Part shown: positions 1-7,321 of the stretch, piece by piece | Layout: each line of letters starts with the position of its first letter | Numbering within the stretch: the stretch's first letter is position 1 | From: a virus | Lineage: Duplodnaviria; Caudoviricetes | DNA length: 38,783 bases | IMG/VR virus record: IMGVR_UViG_3300017903_002400 | Location: 1 to 38,783 of that record | Reading direction: 5' to 3' (one strand) | The notes under the pieces: generated by a model | What the model was told of the DNA's origin: nothing | The model's database searches: none | Seen by the model: only the letters and a program-made list of their open reading frames with translations | Position numbers and translations under genes: made by a program

Positions 1-141
1 CGGCGGCCTTACTTATAACCCAAGCACAAATGTGCTGACAGCTGGCAGCTTCAGTGGTCCGCTCACTGGAAACGTAACCGGCAATGTCACTGGCAACGTA
101 ACTGGCGACGTAACTGGTGATTTAACAGGCAATGCTGATTC
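1..141. repeat. Terminal direct repeat, left copy (circular assembly overlap)
   Basis: Identical to 38643-38783; the reading frame continues across the junction. Confidence 0.97.
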
Positions 142-976
142 TGCTACGAATGCAGATACGGTTGACAGTTTGCACGCTTCTTCTTTCGTGCGTTCTGATG
201 CCAACGACACCCTAACTGGAGCACTTACGTTTTCAGGCTCTTCTTTGAGCACATTTACGGCTGGCGGGTTGGTTTTTAATGACAACAGGTATCTTTATTT
301 TGGGAGTGGAGCTGGTAGTGATTATCGGCTCGGGACAGATGGAACCACTCTCACGCTTGATATGGGGTCAAGTGTTACTGACTTCTTAATTAAAGATGGA
401 TCAGTAGATCGTTTCCAGTTCCACGATGACGGAGATTTTGAACTATTCAGTGGAGACGTCCGTAAAGGCTCCGATTTTTCCCAAGGCAGCAATGGATATA
501 GGTTGGCGGGTAATGGAACTCATAAGCTTGCCAGAAACGTAGGCGGTACTAACAATGTACTAGAGGTGTATGGCAGTGCTGGAGAGTTCCGCATCAAAGG
601 AGATGGTGACGCGCAAAACACAAACAATAACTACGGCTCAATTTCAGACATCAAGTTAAAGGAAAACATCGTTGATGCTTCTTCTCAGTGGGACGACATT
701 AAAGCTGTTCAGGTTCGCAATTACAACTTTAAGGCTGAAACAAATCTCTCGACACACACTCAAATTGGTGTTGTCGCCCAAGAGCTAGAAACAGTTTGTC
801 CTGGTCTTGTTAAAGACAACGCTGATTTAGACGCGAATGACAACGATCTTGGCACTGTAACCAAGAGCGTTTCTTATTCAGTCCTCTACATGAAAGCCTT
901 GAAAGCCTTGCAAGAGGCCATGGTTAAAATCGAAACGCTTGAAACCAAAGTGGCTGCTCTGGAGGCTGCTAACTGA
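2..976 (+). CDS. Tail fibre 2, C-terminal part with peptidase S74-type intramolecular chaperone (gene starts at 37996; about 540 aa in total)
   Basis: TGNV repeats; SDIKLKENI...IGVVAQELE...V.YS.L motif and terminal coiled coil; in frame with the ORF starting at 37996. Confidence 0.9.
   Translation, partial: GGLTYNPSTNVLTAGSFSGPLTGNVTGNVTGNVTGDVTGDLTGNADSATNADTVDSLHASSFVRSDANDTLTGALTFSGSSLSTFTAGGLVFNDNRYLYFGSGAGSDYRLGTDGTTLTLDMGSSVTDFLIKDGSVDRFQFHDDGDFELFSGDVRKGSDFSQGSNGYRLAGNGTHKLARNVGGTNNVLEVYGSAGEFRIKGDGDAQNTNNNYGSISDIKLKENIVDASSQWDDIKAVQVRNYNFKAETNLSTHTQIGVVAQELETVCPGLVKDNADLDANDNDLGTVTKSVSYSVLYMKALKALQEAMVKIETLETKVAALEAAN
65..136 (+). repeat. Degenerate 12-bp tandem repeat encoding (TGNV/TGDV)n
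   Basis: actggaaacgta accggcaatgtc actggcaacgta actggcgacgta actggtgattta acaggcaatgct. Confidence 0.85.
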
Positions 977-2163
977 TGGCTGACCGCAAACTTTCCGCAC
1001 TTACAGAGCTGACTGGCGCAACCGATGCGCTGTCTCCTGCATCAGACGATCTTTTTCTTGTGGTTGATGCGTCTGAATCAACAGACGCCAGTAAGAACAA
1101 AAAGCTCAAGATGAGTGTCTTGTGCTCAAACATCCCAGACGGCACGGTAGAAAATCCGTCTTTGTGCTTTGAGTCAGATTCTCTTGATAGCGGATTCTTC
1201 CGTTCTGCTGAGGACGAAATTGCTGTAAGCATTGACGATACGCTCAACTCAAAATTCACGTCAAACGGATTTCAAGTTGGTGATGGTACGGCGACAGCTC
1301 AGCTGCACACGTTCAAGTCAACGACTGGTGATGACGTAATTATTGAGAACACCGAGGCTGGCGCATCTGAAGGGCCAAACGTTGTTTTCTATCGCAACTC
1401 TGCGTCACCAGCTGCTGATGATGTTCTTGGAACGCTTGAGTTTCGTGGCGAAGACGATGCTGGAGGTGCCCAGTCTTACGCAGAGATAACCGCTGGCATT
1501 GTTGATCCAACCAACAGCAGTGAAGACGGTCGGATTGATTTCAACACAACAACCGCTGGGAGCTTGTCCACTGTTGTCAGGCTGCAAGAGGGCAAGGTTG
1601 GCATCAATGAGTCTGCGGCTGTTGCTCCGATCCACGCAACAGACACAGATACAGAGATTTTGCGCTTGGAGTGTCCAAACGATGATGCCGCCTCTGGCGC
1701 TGACATCACCTTGTATCGGCACCGCAATGATGCCGTGGGACAAAACGATGACGAACTAAGCGCCATCTTTTTTAGAGGCCATAACAACGATGCAACCGCC
1801 TCACAGCGACCAGTTGAATATGCGGCGATTCAAGCTGAAATCTCTGACGTAACTGCTGACGCTGAAGGCGGCAAGATTGTCCTGCAGGTTCAAACTGCTG
1901 GAACGCTCACGACCCAGCTTGAAGTTGACGAAAACAAGATCGGCTTCTTCGGTGCAACGGCTGCTGTGCAATCCACCCACGTTGCCGATTTGTCGGCTAC
2001 GGCAACAACTGGAACGCTGCCAACTGCTGATGGAACGATGACGATTGCAGATGCAGCGTCACCGACCAATGCAGAGTTGCTTGAATATTGTCGCGAGCTT
2101 GAGTCGAAGGTGAATTCGCTATTAGCATTTGCGAGTGCTCACGGCCTGATGGCTTCCAGCTGA
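976..2163 (+). CDS. Tail fibre 3 / virion structural protein with internal duplication
   Basis: MADRKLSALT start typical of fibres; DGT..PSL.F module shared with the other fibres; two copies of an ~85-aa unit (YR...DD.L..F.G...YA.I...G.I...TAG.L); TGATG coupling. Confidence 0.75.
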   Translation: MADRKLSALTELTGATDALSPASDDLFLVVDASESTDASKNKKLKMSVLCSNIPDGTVENPSLCFESDSLDSGFFRSAEDEIAVSIDDTLNSKFTSNGFQVGDGTATAQLHTFKSTTGDDVIIENTEAGASEGPNVVFYRNSASPAADDVLGTLEFRGEDDAGGAQSYAEITAGIVDPTNSSEDGRIDFNTTTAGSLSTVVRLQEGKVGINESAAVAPIHATDTDTEILRLECPNDDAASGADITLYRHRNDAVGQNDDELSAIFFRGHNNDATASQRPVEYAAIQAEISDVTADAEGGKIVLQVQTAGTLTTQLEVDENKIGFFGATAAVQSTHVADLSATATTGTLPTADGTMTIADAASPTNAELLEYCRELESKVNSLLAFASAHGLMASS

Positions 2164-2351
2164 TGAAACGACCTGATCCGATGATCCCGTGCAAACCTGG
2201 CGCAGAGGATATCGCCTGCCAAGATAATCGGCAAAAATGGATGGAGGAACTCTTTTTCCTCGATGGCCGGGACCAAATTTCGCATCCAATGCGAGGTCTT
2301 TTCACCGGCTTGGCAAACAAGTACGCACTGTTGGAATCCACTGACGTCTGA
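2163..2351 (+). CDS. Hypothetical protein (62 aa)
   Basis: TGATG-coupled at both ends; resembles small cyanophage proteins (recalled). Confidence 0.75.
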   Translation: MKRPDPMIPCKPGAEDIACQDNRQKWMEELFFLDGRDQISHPMRGLFTGLANKYALLESTDV

Positions 2352-2479
2352 TGGCAAAGCCTCGATCCCTGAACGGTCACACCTTTATTGAGGGAAAACC
2401 TAAAAAAAGTCATCAGGGTTCGGGGCGCCATTCTTTGCCAAAGAAGGGTAAAAAGCGTTATAGAGGTCAAGGTCGATGA
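2351..2479 (+). CDS. Small basic protein (42 aa, MAKPRSL...KRYRGQGR), absent from the ORF track
   Basis: Translated by hand; TGATG-coupled to the upstream gene; KRYRGQGR ending recalled from cyanophage proteins. Confidence 0.75.
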   Translation: MAKPRSLNGHTFIEGKPKKSHQGSGRHSLPKKGKKRYRGQGR

Positions 2480-2605
2480 ATGGATCAAACCACCCTCAAC
2501 AACTGGCGTCGAATTAAAGAGGCGCTGGAACGCGAAGGGAAAACCGACTCTTATTTTTATAAGCGTGCGATAGCAATTCTTGCTGGCAGGCCAGATCCGC
2601 TTTAA
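2480..2605 (+). CDS. Small hypothetical protein (41 aa, MDQTTLNNWRRIKEALEREGKTDSYFYKRA...), absent from the ORF track
   Basis: Translated by hand; ATG directly follows the upstream stop; W..IK.ALE..GKTDS.FYKRA recalled from cyanophage proteins. Confidence 0.75.
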   Translation: MDQTTLNNWRRIKEALEREGKTDSYFYKRAIAILAGRPDPL

Positions 2606-2631
2606 GGTGGCAGCGGTTTCACTTTTTTCAA

Positions 2632-2988
2632 ATGATTAAGCCTGTTGTTGCTGCAAGTGTCGTTGCACTAGCTGGCGCACCTGCTATGGCCGGAGGTCTG
2701 GATGGTCTGTATGTGAATCCTGAGTACAACGCAGGATTTTCTGGATCTTCGTTCGCAGGAAGTTCGCTAGAGCTTCACGTTGGTTATGAGGAAGGCCCTT
2801 TTTACATTCAGGCAGGCCCTGCACTTGCTAACGATGGAAGCGATTCTGAATGGGGTTTTTCCGGCAAAGCTGGCGTGTCGGCACCTGTGAATGAAAAGCT
2901 CGACCTCTACACCGAACTGAGCTACGCGAAGTTCAAGGACGTCGACGCTGGTTACGGAATCAAGCTGGGCTCTAAATATCGCTTTTGA
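2632..2988 (+). CDS. Small outer-membrane beta-barrel-like protein
   Basis: Signal peptide ending APAMA, alternating amphipathic Gly/aromatic-rich beta strands, C-terminal Y-x-F motif. Confidence 0.75.
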   Translation: MIKPVVAASVVALAGAPAMAGGLDGLYVNPEYNAGFSGSSFAGSSLELHVGYEEGPFYIQAGPALANDGSDSEWGFSGKAGVSAPVNEKLDLYTELSYAKFKDVDAGYGIKLGSKYRF

Positions 2989-3001
2989 GATTGAAAAGGG
3001 A

Positions 3002-3175
3002 TTGAACTACGCCTACGAATTTTTTCGTGTGGTCGTAGTTCCATGCCTGCATCCGTCAAATTGGCGTTATTGCTTCCCATTGACTTGGCTGGTTCCGTAC
3101 ATGTATGAGCTGCGTGATTACTACATGCAAGCGCCATACGCTAAAGAACGGGACTACTTGCTGGGGATTGATTAA
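3002..3175 (+). CDS. Hypothetical aromatic-rich protein (57 aa, TTG start)
   Basis: Open frame LNYAYEFFRVVVVPCLHPSNWRYCFP...GID fills the gap between the OMP gene and the terminator. Confidence 0.5.
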   Translation: MNYAYEFFRVVVVPCLHPSNWRYCFPLTWLVPYMYELRDYYMQAPYAKERDYLLGID

Positions 3176-3183
3176 CCTGACAT

Positions 3184-3219
3184 AAGCCCTTCTTTTCCTC
3201 ACACGGGAAGGGTTTTTTT
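3184..3219 (+). terminator. Intrinsic terminator whose loop contains UCCUCACAC
   Basis: Stem aagcccttc/gaagggttt running into a T7 tract. Confidence 0.8.
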
Positions 3220-3252
3220 ATTGCATATAAGGGTGAATGATCGTAACGGAAG

Positions 3253-3798
3253 ATGGACATGGTTGAGCTTCCTGCACTTCCTGTTTGGGGAATGCCGGCA
3301 AATCCTGAACTTGGGGGGAAACCAGTTCTGCCGACGTTGGAACTTGCAATTCCTCGTGGTGAAGGTTTGATTTTGCCTTCCGCAAAGCAGATGAGGCAGC
3401 AGATTCAAGCAGAGCAAGAGGCGCTAGATGAGAGTAAAGAAGAGACCCTAAAACGCTTAAAACCACAGAAGCGCCCAAACATACCAACGCCGCCGAACGC
3501 CTCACAGTTCAAAGAAGTAACTGAAATCACGCTACCTGGAACTGACATAAGCATCCCAGTTCCACGGAAAGAAATCCTATCTACTGCGATTGTGACGGCT
3601 GGGGCTTCGTCTGTTGCTGCAGTTGCTGGGACACTTGTTGCATCAACGCTTTTAAAGCGGCTCGTTCAGCTTCTAAAGCCTGCAATGAAGACTGGTATGA
3701 AGCGTCTTGCAAAGCTACGGGGTCGTCCTGCGCCTGAAACTTTTGGTAGGCAGCGATTGAGACGACGCCGGAACAAAGAGAACCCAGCTGGCTTTTAG
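3253..3798 (+). CDS. Hypothetical membrane protein
   Basis: Pro-rich N-terminal part, one Ala/Val-rich hydrophobic helix, basic C-terminus. Confidence 0.7.
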   Translation: MDMVELPALPVWGMPANPELGGKPVLPTLELAIPRGEGLILPSAKQMRQQIQAEQEALDESKEETLKRLKPQKRPNIPTPPNASQFKEVTEITLPGTDISIPVPRKEILSTAIVTAGASSVAAVAGTLVASTLLKRLVQLLKPAMKTGMKRLAKLRGRPAPETFGRQRLRRRRNKENPAGF

Positions 3799-4321
3799 GA
3801 TCGAGCATGTAGCCGCGATCGTAGAGGTTCGCGCATTCTTTTGCTCTAACTAGCAGGGAGTCGAGTTTGTCTTTGTAGATGCGTTGTCGGGCTAGCTCCT
3901 TGCACATTTCGCCAATAGACCCGTCAAGAGGCACTGCTACACCGAACTGAACGCCCCAGTTTCCTGATCGTGTGTAATTGCTGGTGTGTGTATCTGCACC
4001 TAGATAAAACGGCGTGACGTTTAGGGTTGCGCCGTTGCAAGATATACCCTTCCCCATGTGCTGCCTTGATGGCGCACCGTTGTTATTAAATTGCATTGAC
4101 GTATTGGTGTTATTGCTGGTTGCCGCCGCCTGCGGTCCAGCGATATTGCTTACTTCTGCTGCGTTGACCGAACTGCCGAAAATTATTGCGCAAAGACCGA
4201 AAGCGTAGTGGAAGTTGATTCGGTTTCGATGGTGCGGTCGATGTCGATCGTTTCGATGACGCCTGCGGCCCTGGTAGTGATTTCCAAATTGAAATCTGCG
4301 CCTTCCGTCACGATGTCCCAT
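3581..4321 (-). CDS. Secreted/envelope hypothetical protein (start uncertain)
   Basis: Signal-peptide-like segment FHYAFGLCAIIFGSSVNA; QFNNNGAPSRQ...SCNG motif; four Cys in the mature part; coiled-coil C-terminus. Confidence 0.7.
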   Translation of the reverse strand: MGHRDGRRRFQFGNHYQGRRRHRNDRHRPHHRNRINFHYAFGLCAIIFGSSVNAAEVSNIAGPQAAATSNNTNTSMQFNNNGAPSRQHMGKGISCNGATLNVTPFYLGADTHTSNYTRSGNWGVQFGVAVPLDGSIGEMCKELARQRIYKDKLDSLLVRAKECANLYDRGYMLDPKSQLGSLCSGVVSIAAYQKFQAQDDPVALQDASYQSSLQALEAERAALKALMQQVSQQLQQQTKPQPSQSQ

Positions 4322-4542
4322 GTTGTTGAGCTGTTGGTGATGTCAGCAGCACTCGGTTTTACATTAGTGCCGGACCAAGTATTAACAGAAGCTCCATAAA
4401 TTTCATGTGCAATCACCTCGTCAATCGTCTGCGTCGTGGTTGTCGTCGCGTTGACGGTTGCAGAGGTGAAGCGCGGTGAAATCGTTTGCGCCGTTGCTGG
4501 TGCAGCAGTCAGCAAGATCGCGAGGGCAAGAAAGCGTTTCAT
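4183..4542 (-). CDS. Secreted Thr-rich beta protein
   Basis: Classic signal peptide MKRFLALAILLTAAPATA; ATGA-coupled to the upstream gene. Confidence 0.8.
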   Translation of the reverse strand: MKRFLALAILLTAAPATAQTISPRFTSATVNATTTTTQTIDEVIAHEIYGASVNTWSGTNVKPSAADITNSSTTWDIVTEGADFNLEITTRAAGVIETIDIDRTIETESTSTTLSVFAQ

Positions 4543-4784
4543 TTGACCGTGGTGGGTTGTTTGGGTTCGTCCTTTTTCTTGTTCTGCCTGATATTGACAC
4601 CCATCGCAGTCATGGTACCTGTCAACAAGCTGGCCGGAAAAGTTGGATCGAGCGACTGCTTGAAAACCCCTAAGTAGTTAGCGGTCAGGATTGCCATGCT
4701 CCACGCGAGAACGGCAAGTTTGACAAGATCACCCAAGCGTGAATGTTCTTGTTGTTGCTCTTGCTGTTCAGCCGGTTGAGCCAT
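4539..4784 (-). CDS. Small two-helix membrane protein (81 aa)
   Basis: Start re-called at MAQPAEQ; two hydrophobic segments flanking DPTF; basic tail. Confidence 0.75.
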   Translation of the reverse strand: MAQPAEQQEQQQEHSRLGDLVKLAVLAWSMAILTANYLGVFKQSLDPTFPASLLTGTMTAMGVNIRQNKKKDEPKQPTTVK

Positions 4785-4809
4785 GATAGTTAGGACGACC
4801 GTCGATGTC

Positions 4810-5061
4810 ATGCTAGAGATTTTTGCGGCGGTCACAGGCGCCAGCGTCACTGCTGCTGCGATGTCCATAAATAACGCGGGCAGGCAAAACCTGCAGACCC
4901 GTGAAACGCTGGCACGTTTGACGATTGCGGTCGAAAACCTAGCTGAACGCTTAAACGTGTTTCACGACGACGTGATGCGCAAAGACAGCGAGGTATTTCA
5001 AAGGTTGCGGAATCTAGAATCTTCAGTTGCGAAGCTTGAAGCCAAACAGGAACGCACTTAG
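4810..5061 (+). CDS. Membrane-anchored coiled-coil protein, possible holin or lysis accessory
   Basis: Hydrophobic N-terminus, heptad-rich C-terminus, upstream of the endolysin; alternative start at 4783. Confidence 0.6.
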   Translation: MLEIFAAVTGASVTAAAMSINNAGRQNLQTRETLARLTIAVENLAERLNVFHDDVMRKDSEVFQRLRNLESSVAKLEAKQERT

Positions 5062-5087
5062 ACTTTGCGCGTTGCTGGTTTTTCGCC

Positions 5088-5252
5088 ATGCTGTTGCTAT
5101 TCAAGCCGATCTTGATGTCATTCATCAACAGCAGGGCTGTGCGCCAGTTGTTGATTGATTTGCTGAAAGCGGCAGCCAAGCAATCGACAAATACGGTAGA
5201 TGACCAACTGGTTGCTCTTGTTGAGCGTAATCTGCTGCCTCCTAATGCTTGA
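5088..5252 (+). CDS. Small amphipathic protein (54 aa), possible holin-like, absent from the ORF track
   Basis: MLLLFKPILMSFINSRAVRQLLIDLL...STNTVDDQLV, translated by hand; overlaps the endolysin start. Confidence 0.75.
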   Translation: MLLLFKPILMSFINSRAVRQLLIDLLKAAAKQSTNTVDDQLVALVERNLLPPNA

Positions 5253-5922
5253 TTTGTTGAAGTATTTCGAGCACTTCAGATTTGGTAATCCGTACCAACA
5301 TGCAGCGATTGCACAGCTGGAACAGGACTTGCCGCAGCATTTAAAGGATGAAGATGCCGAATGGTTGCAAGCGTGGAAAGCGGCAGGCGTTGAACAGCAG
5401 GTTCATGCGCCGTACTACCACCAGCTGACATCAAGAACTGGTTACGGCTACCGCGAGTGTTTTTCTGCGGTTGCTGGAATGGCGGCTGCATTTCATGGCC
5501 GTGTTGACAGCTTTGACGTTTACAACCGGATTAGAAAGCACCTGGGCGATACAACGTCTGTCGACGTGCAGTTGAATGCGCTGCGGACGTTAGGTCTAGA
5601 CGCTGAATTTAGAACCGATGGCACGTTTGACGATTTAGAAATCGAAATTGACGCAGGTCGCCCGGTGATCGTGATGTATTTGCATCGGGGTTCTGTCACT
5701 GAGCCTGTATGCAACGATGACGGTTGCGGACATGTCGTGCTTGTCGTTGGCTACAACCGCGAAGAACTGATCGTGCATGACCCAATGGGAGTGCCTGACA
5801 TGATCAACGGCGGCCATAAAAACAATGACCGCGCAGACTATGTTCGTATCAGTCGGCAAGCATTTAAGCCCAGGTGGGAAGTTGAAGGTGATGGCACTGG
5901 TTGGATGATCATTACGCAATAA
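5245..5922 (+). CDS. Putative endolysin, C39-like cysteine peptidase
   Basis: PYYHQ...REC (catalytic Cys), GRPVIV, GHVVLVVGY, HDP motifs; position in the lysis region. Confidence 0.8.
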   Translation: MLDLLKYFEHFRFGNPYQHAAIAQLEQDLPQHLKDEDAEWLQAWKAAGVEQQVHAPYYHQLTSRTGYGYRECFSAVAGMAAAFHGRVDSFDVYNRIRKHLGDTTSVDVQLNALRTLGLDAEFRTDGTFDDLEIEIDAGRPVIVMYLHRGSVTEPVCNDDGCGHVVLVVGYNREELIVHDPMGVPDMINGGHKNNDRADYVRISRQAFKPRWEVEGDGTGWMIITQ

Positions 5923-5985
5923 GTTGCCCTAGATACAATGTTTGCAGTTGCAGATGTCGGTCAATGACTTCTATCAGGCAACTGC

Positions 5986-6297
5986 ATGGAACATAAAATC
6001 GACGAGACGATTTTAGTTCCACGCAAAAAAGCTAAGGAACGTTTTCGTAGCTCAATCCACAATGCATGGGGTTGGTCCTGTGCATATTGCGGCCGTGAAT
6101 TATCGGAGCGTGATGCAACGCTCGATCATGTCGTTGCGAAAGCTAACGGCGGCCTGACGGTAAAACAAAACCTTGTAAGTTGTTGCCTCGGTTGTAATAG
6201 CTCAAAAGGCCACCAAGACTGGCACGACTGGTATCAGCGGCAAATTTTTTACGACGAATATCGTGAGCAATGGATTGAAAAATGGATTGATGGGTGA
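5986..6297 (+). CDS. HNH endonuclease
   Basis: CAYCG...TLDHV...GG...NLVSCCLGCNSSKG. Confidence 0.92.
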   Translation: MEHKIDETILVPRKKAKERFRSSIHNAWGWSCAYCGRELSERDATLDHVVAKANGGLTVKQNLVSCCLGCNSSKGHQDWHDWYQRQIFYDEYREQWIEKWIDG

Positions 6298-6326
6298 TAA
6301 TCTTGCTGCAGCATAATTACGAAACG

Positions 6327-6872
6327 GTGGGTGTTCTTGCTGATTGGCAGATCCGTAGTCGCTGCGAAGGTGATTCGCCAATGGTCGAACCTTTTGTTCT
6401 GGATCTGCTTAACCCTGCCTCTTTGGATGTTGTTTTGGGGCCTTACATTATGGTTGAAGACCCAAGCAATTTTGACTTGGTAAGGGTTGACATTTCAGAG
6501 CACACGGAAGACAACCCATGGCAGCTTGACCCTGGTGAGTTTGTACTAGGTGAGACCCGCGAAACGTTCAATCTACCGAACACAATCAGCGCACAATTTG
6601 TGCTTAAGTCTTCCCGTGCTCGCGCAGGCTACGACCATGCATTGGCCGGATGGGCCGACCCGGGTTGGGCGGGTTCAAAACTTACCGTAGAACTCAAAAA
6701 CAATCGTCGACATCATCCGCTGCCGTTATATCCCGGTCTAAAGATCGGCCAGATGGTATTTCACTGGATGGACGAAACCCCCGTTCTGAGCTACCCAAAT
6801 CAACGTGGCGGGGCTCATTACATGAACCACCAGACTGTGATGCCAGATATTGCAGTGTCGCGTTCAGCATGA
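6327..6872 (+). CDS. dcd: dCTP deaminase
   Basis: NPASLDV, PGEFVLG.T.E, KSSRAR.G, AGW.DPGW.G..T.EL, GLKIGQMVF; GTG start re-called from 6294. Confidence 0.92.
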   Translation: MGVLADWQIRSRCEGDSPMVEPFVLDLLNPASLDVVLGPYIMVEDPSNFDLVRVDISEHTEDNPWQLDPGEFVLGETRETFNLPNTISAQFVLKSSRARAGYDHALAGWADPGWAGSKLTVELKNNRRHHPLPLYPGLKIGQMVFHWMDETPVLSYPNQRGGAHYMNHQTVMPDIAVSRSA

Positions 6873-7050
6873 AGCGATGACGCCACATGTCTAGCAGCTG
6901 TTCGTGCAGTGAACGGGCTGCAAGCTCTTGCGTGAACTCATTGCACATGCCGCCGTAACAAACGCGATACACCTTCCCTAACTTCGTTTCTATTACTTCA
7001 AACTTGGGGATGGCTTTGTGTGTATCCTGCGCAAAAGCTTTGTTTTCCAT
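6694..7050 (-). CDS. Hypothetical protein
   Basis: N-terminal half (YRVCYGGMC...) fills the gap; C-terminal half overlaps dcd on the opposite strand. Confidence 0.55.
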   Translation of the reverse strand: MENKAFAQDTHKAIPKFEVIETKLGKVYRVCYGGMCNEFTQELAARSLHEQLLDMWRHRFMLNATLQYLASQSGGSCNEPRHVDLGSSERGFRPSSEIPSGRSLDRDITAADDVDDCF

Positions 7051-7321
7051 GACTTTTGACTGGATGGCGGCGGAACTCCCCTTAGAGGAGCAATTAACTG
7101 TAGAGAATCAAATTAGAGCAATTTCGGAGCAATGTGATACCGAGACTATTAAAGATCTGTGCAAGTCACTATTGCAGCAAAACCATCATTACGCTCTGCT
7201 GCTTCGTAACGCCACAAAGCACATCATCGAACTAGAGCTTGCGGCCGAAGATGCAAAATTACTCGAACCGGTTGAGCCCGTCAGACGTCCGTGGTGGCGT
7301 GTGATCTTGCGCCGCAATTAG
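7049..7321 (+). CDS. Hypothetical helical protein (90 aa)
   Basis: MTFDWM...LEEQL; ends in RRPWW; -10-like TATCCT at 7023. Confidence 0.7.
   Translation: MTFDWMAAELPLEEQLTVENQIRAISEQCDTETIKDLCKSLLQQNHHYALLLRNATKHIIELELAAEDAKLLEPVEPVRRPWWRVILRRN

Noticed and set aside
1-141. 141-bp terminal repeat as a biological direct terminal repeat
   Set aside because: It falls in the middle of a gene and its length matches a common assembler k-mer, so an assembly overlap is the simpler explanation
2388-2573. 61-aa ORF from the track
   Set aside because: Two shorter abutting ATG ORFs (2351-2479 and 2480-2605) tile the region better
5986-6297. HNH gene as part of an intron or other mobile element
   Set aside because: It is free-standing, with no interrupted gene or intron core visible
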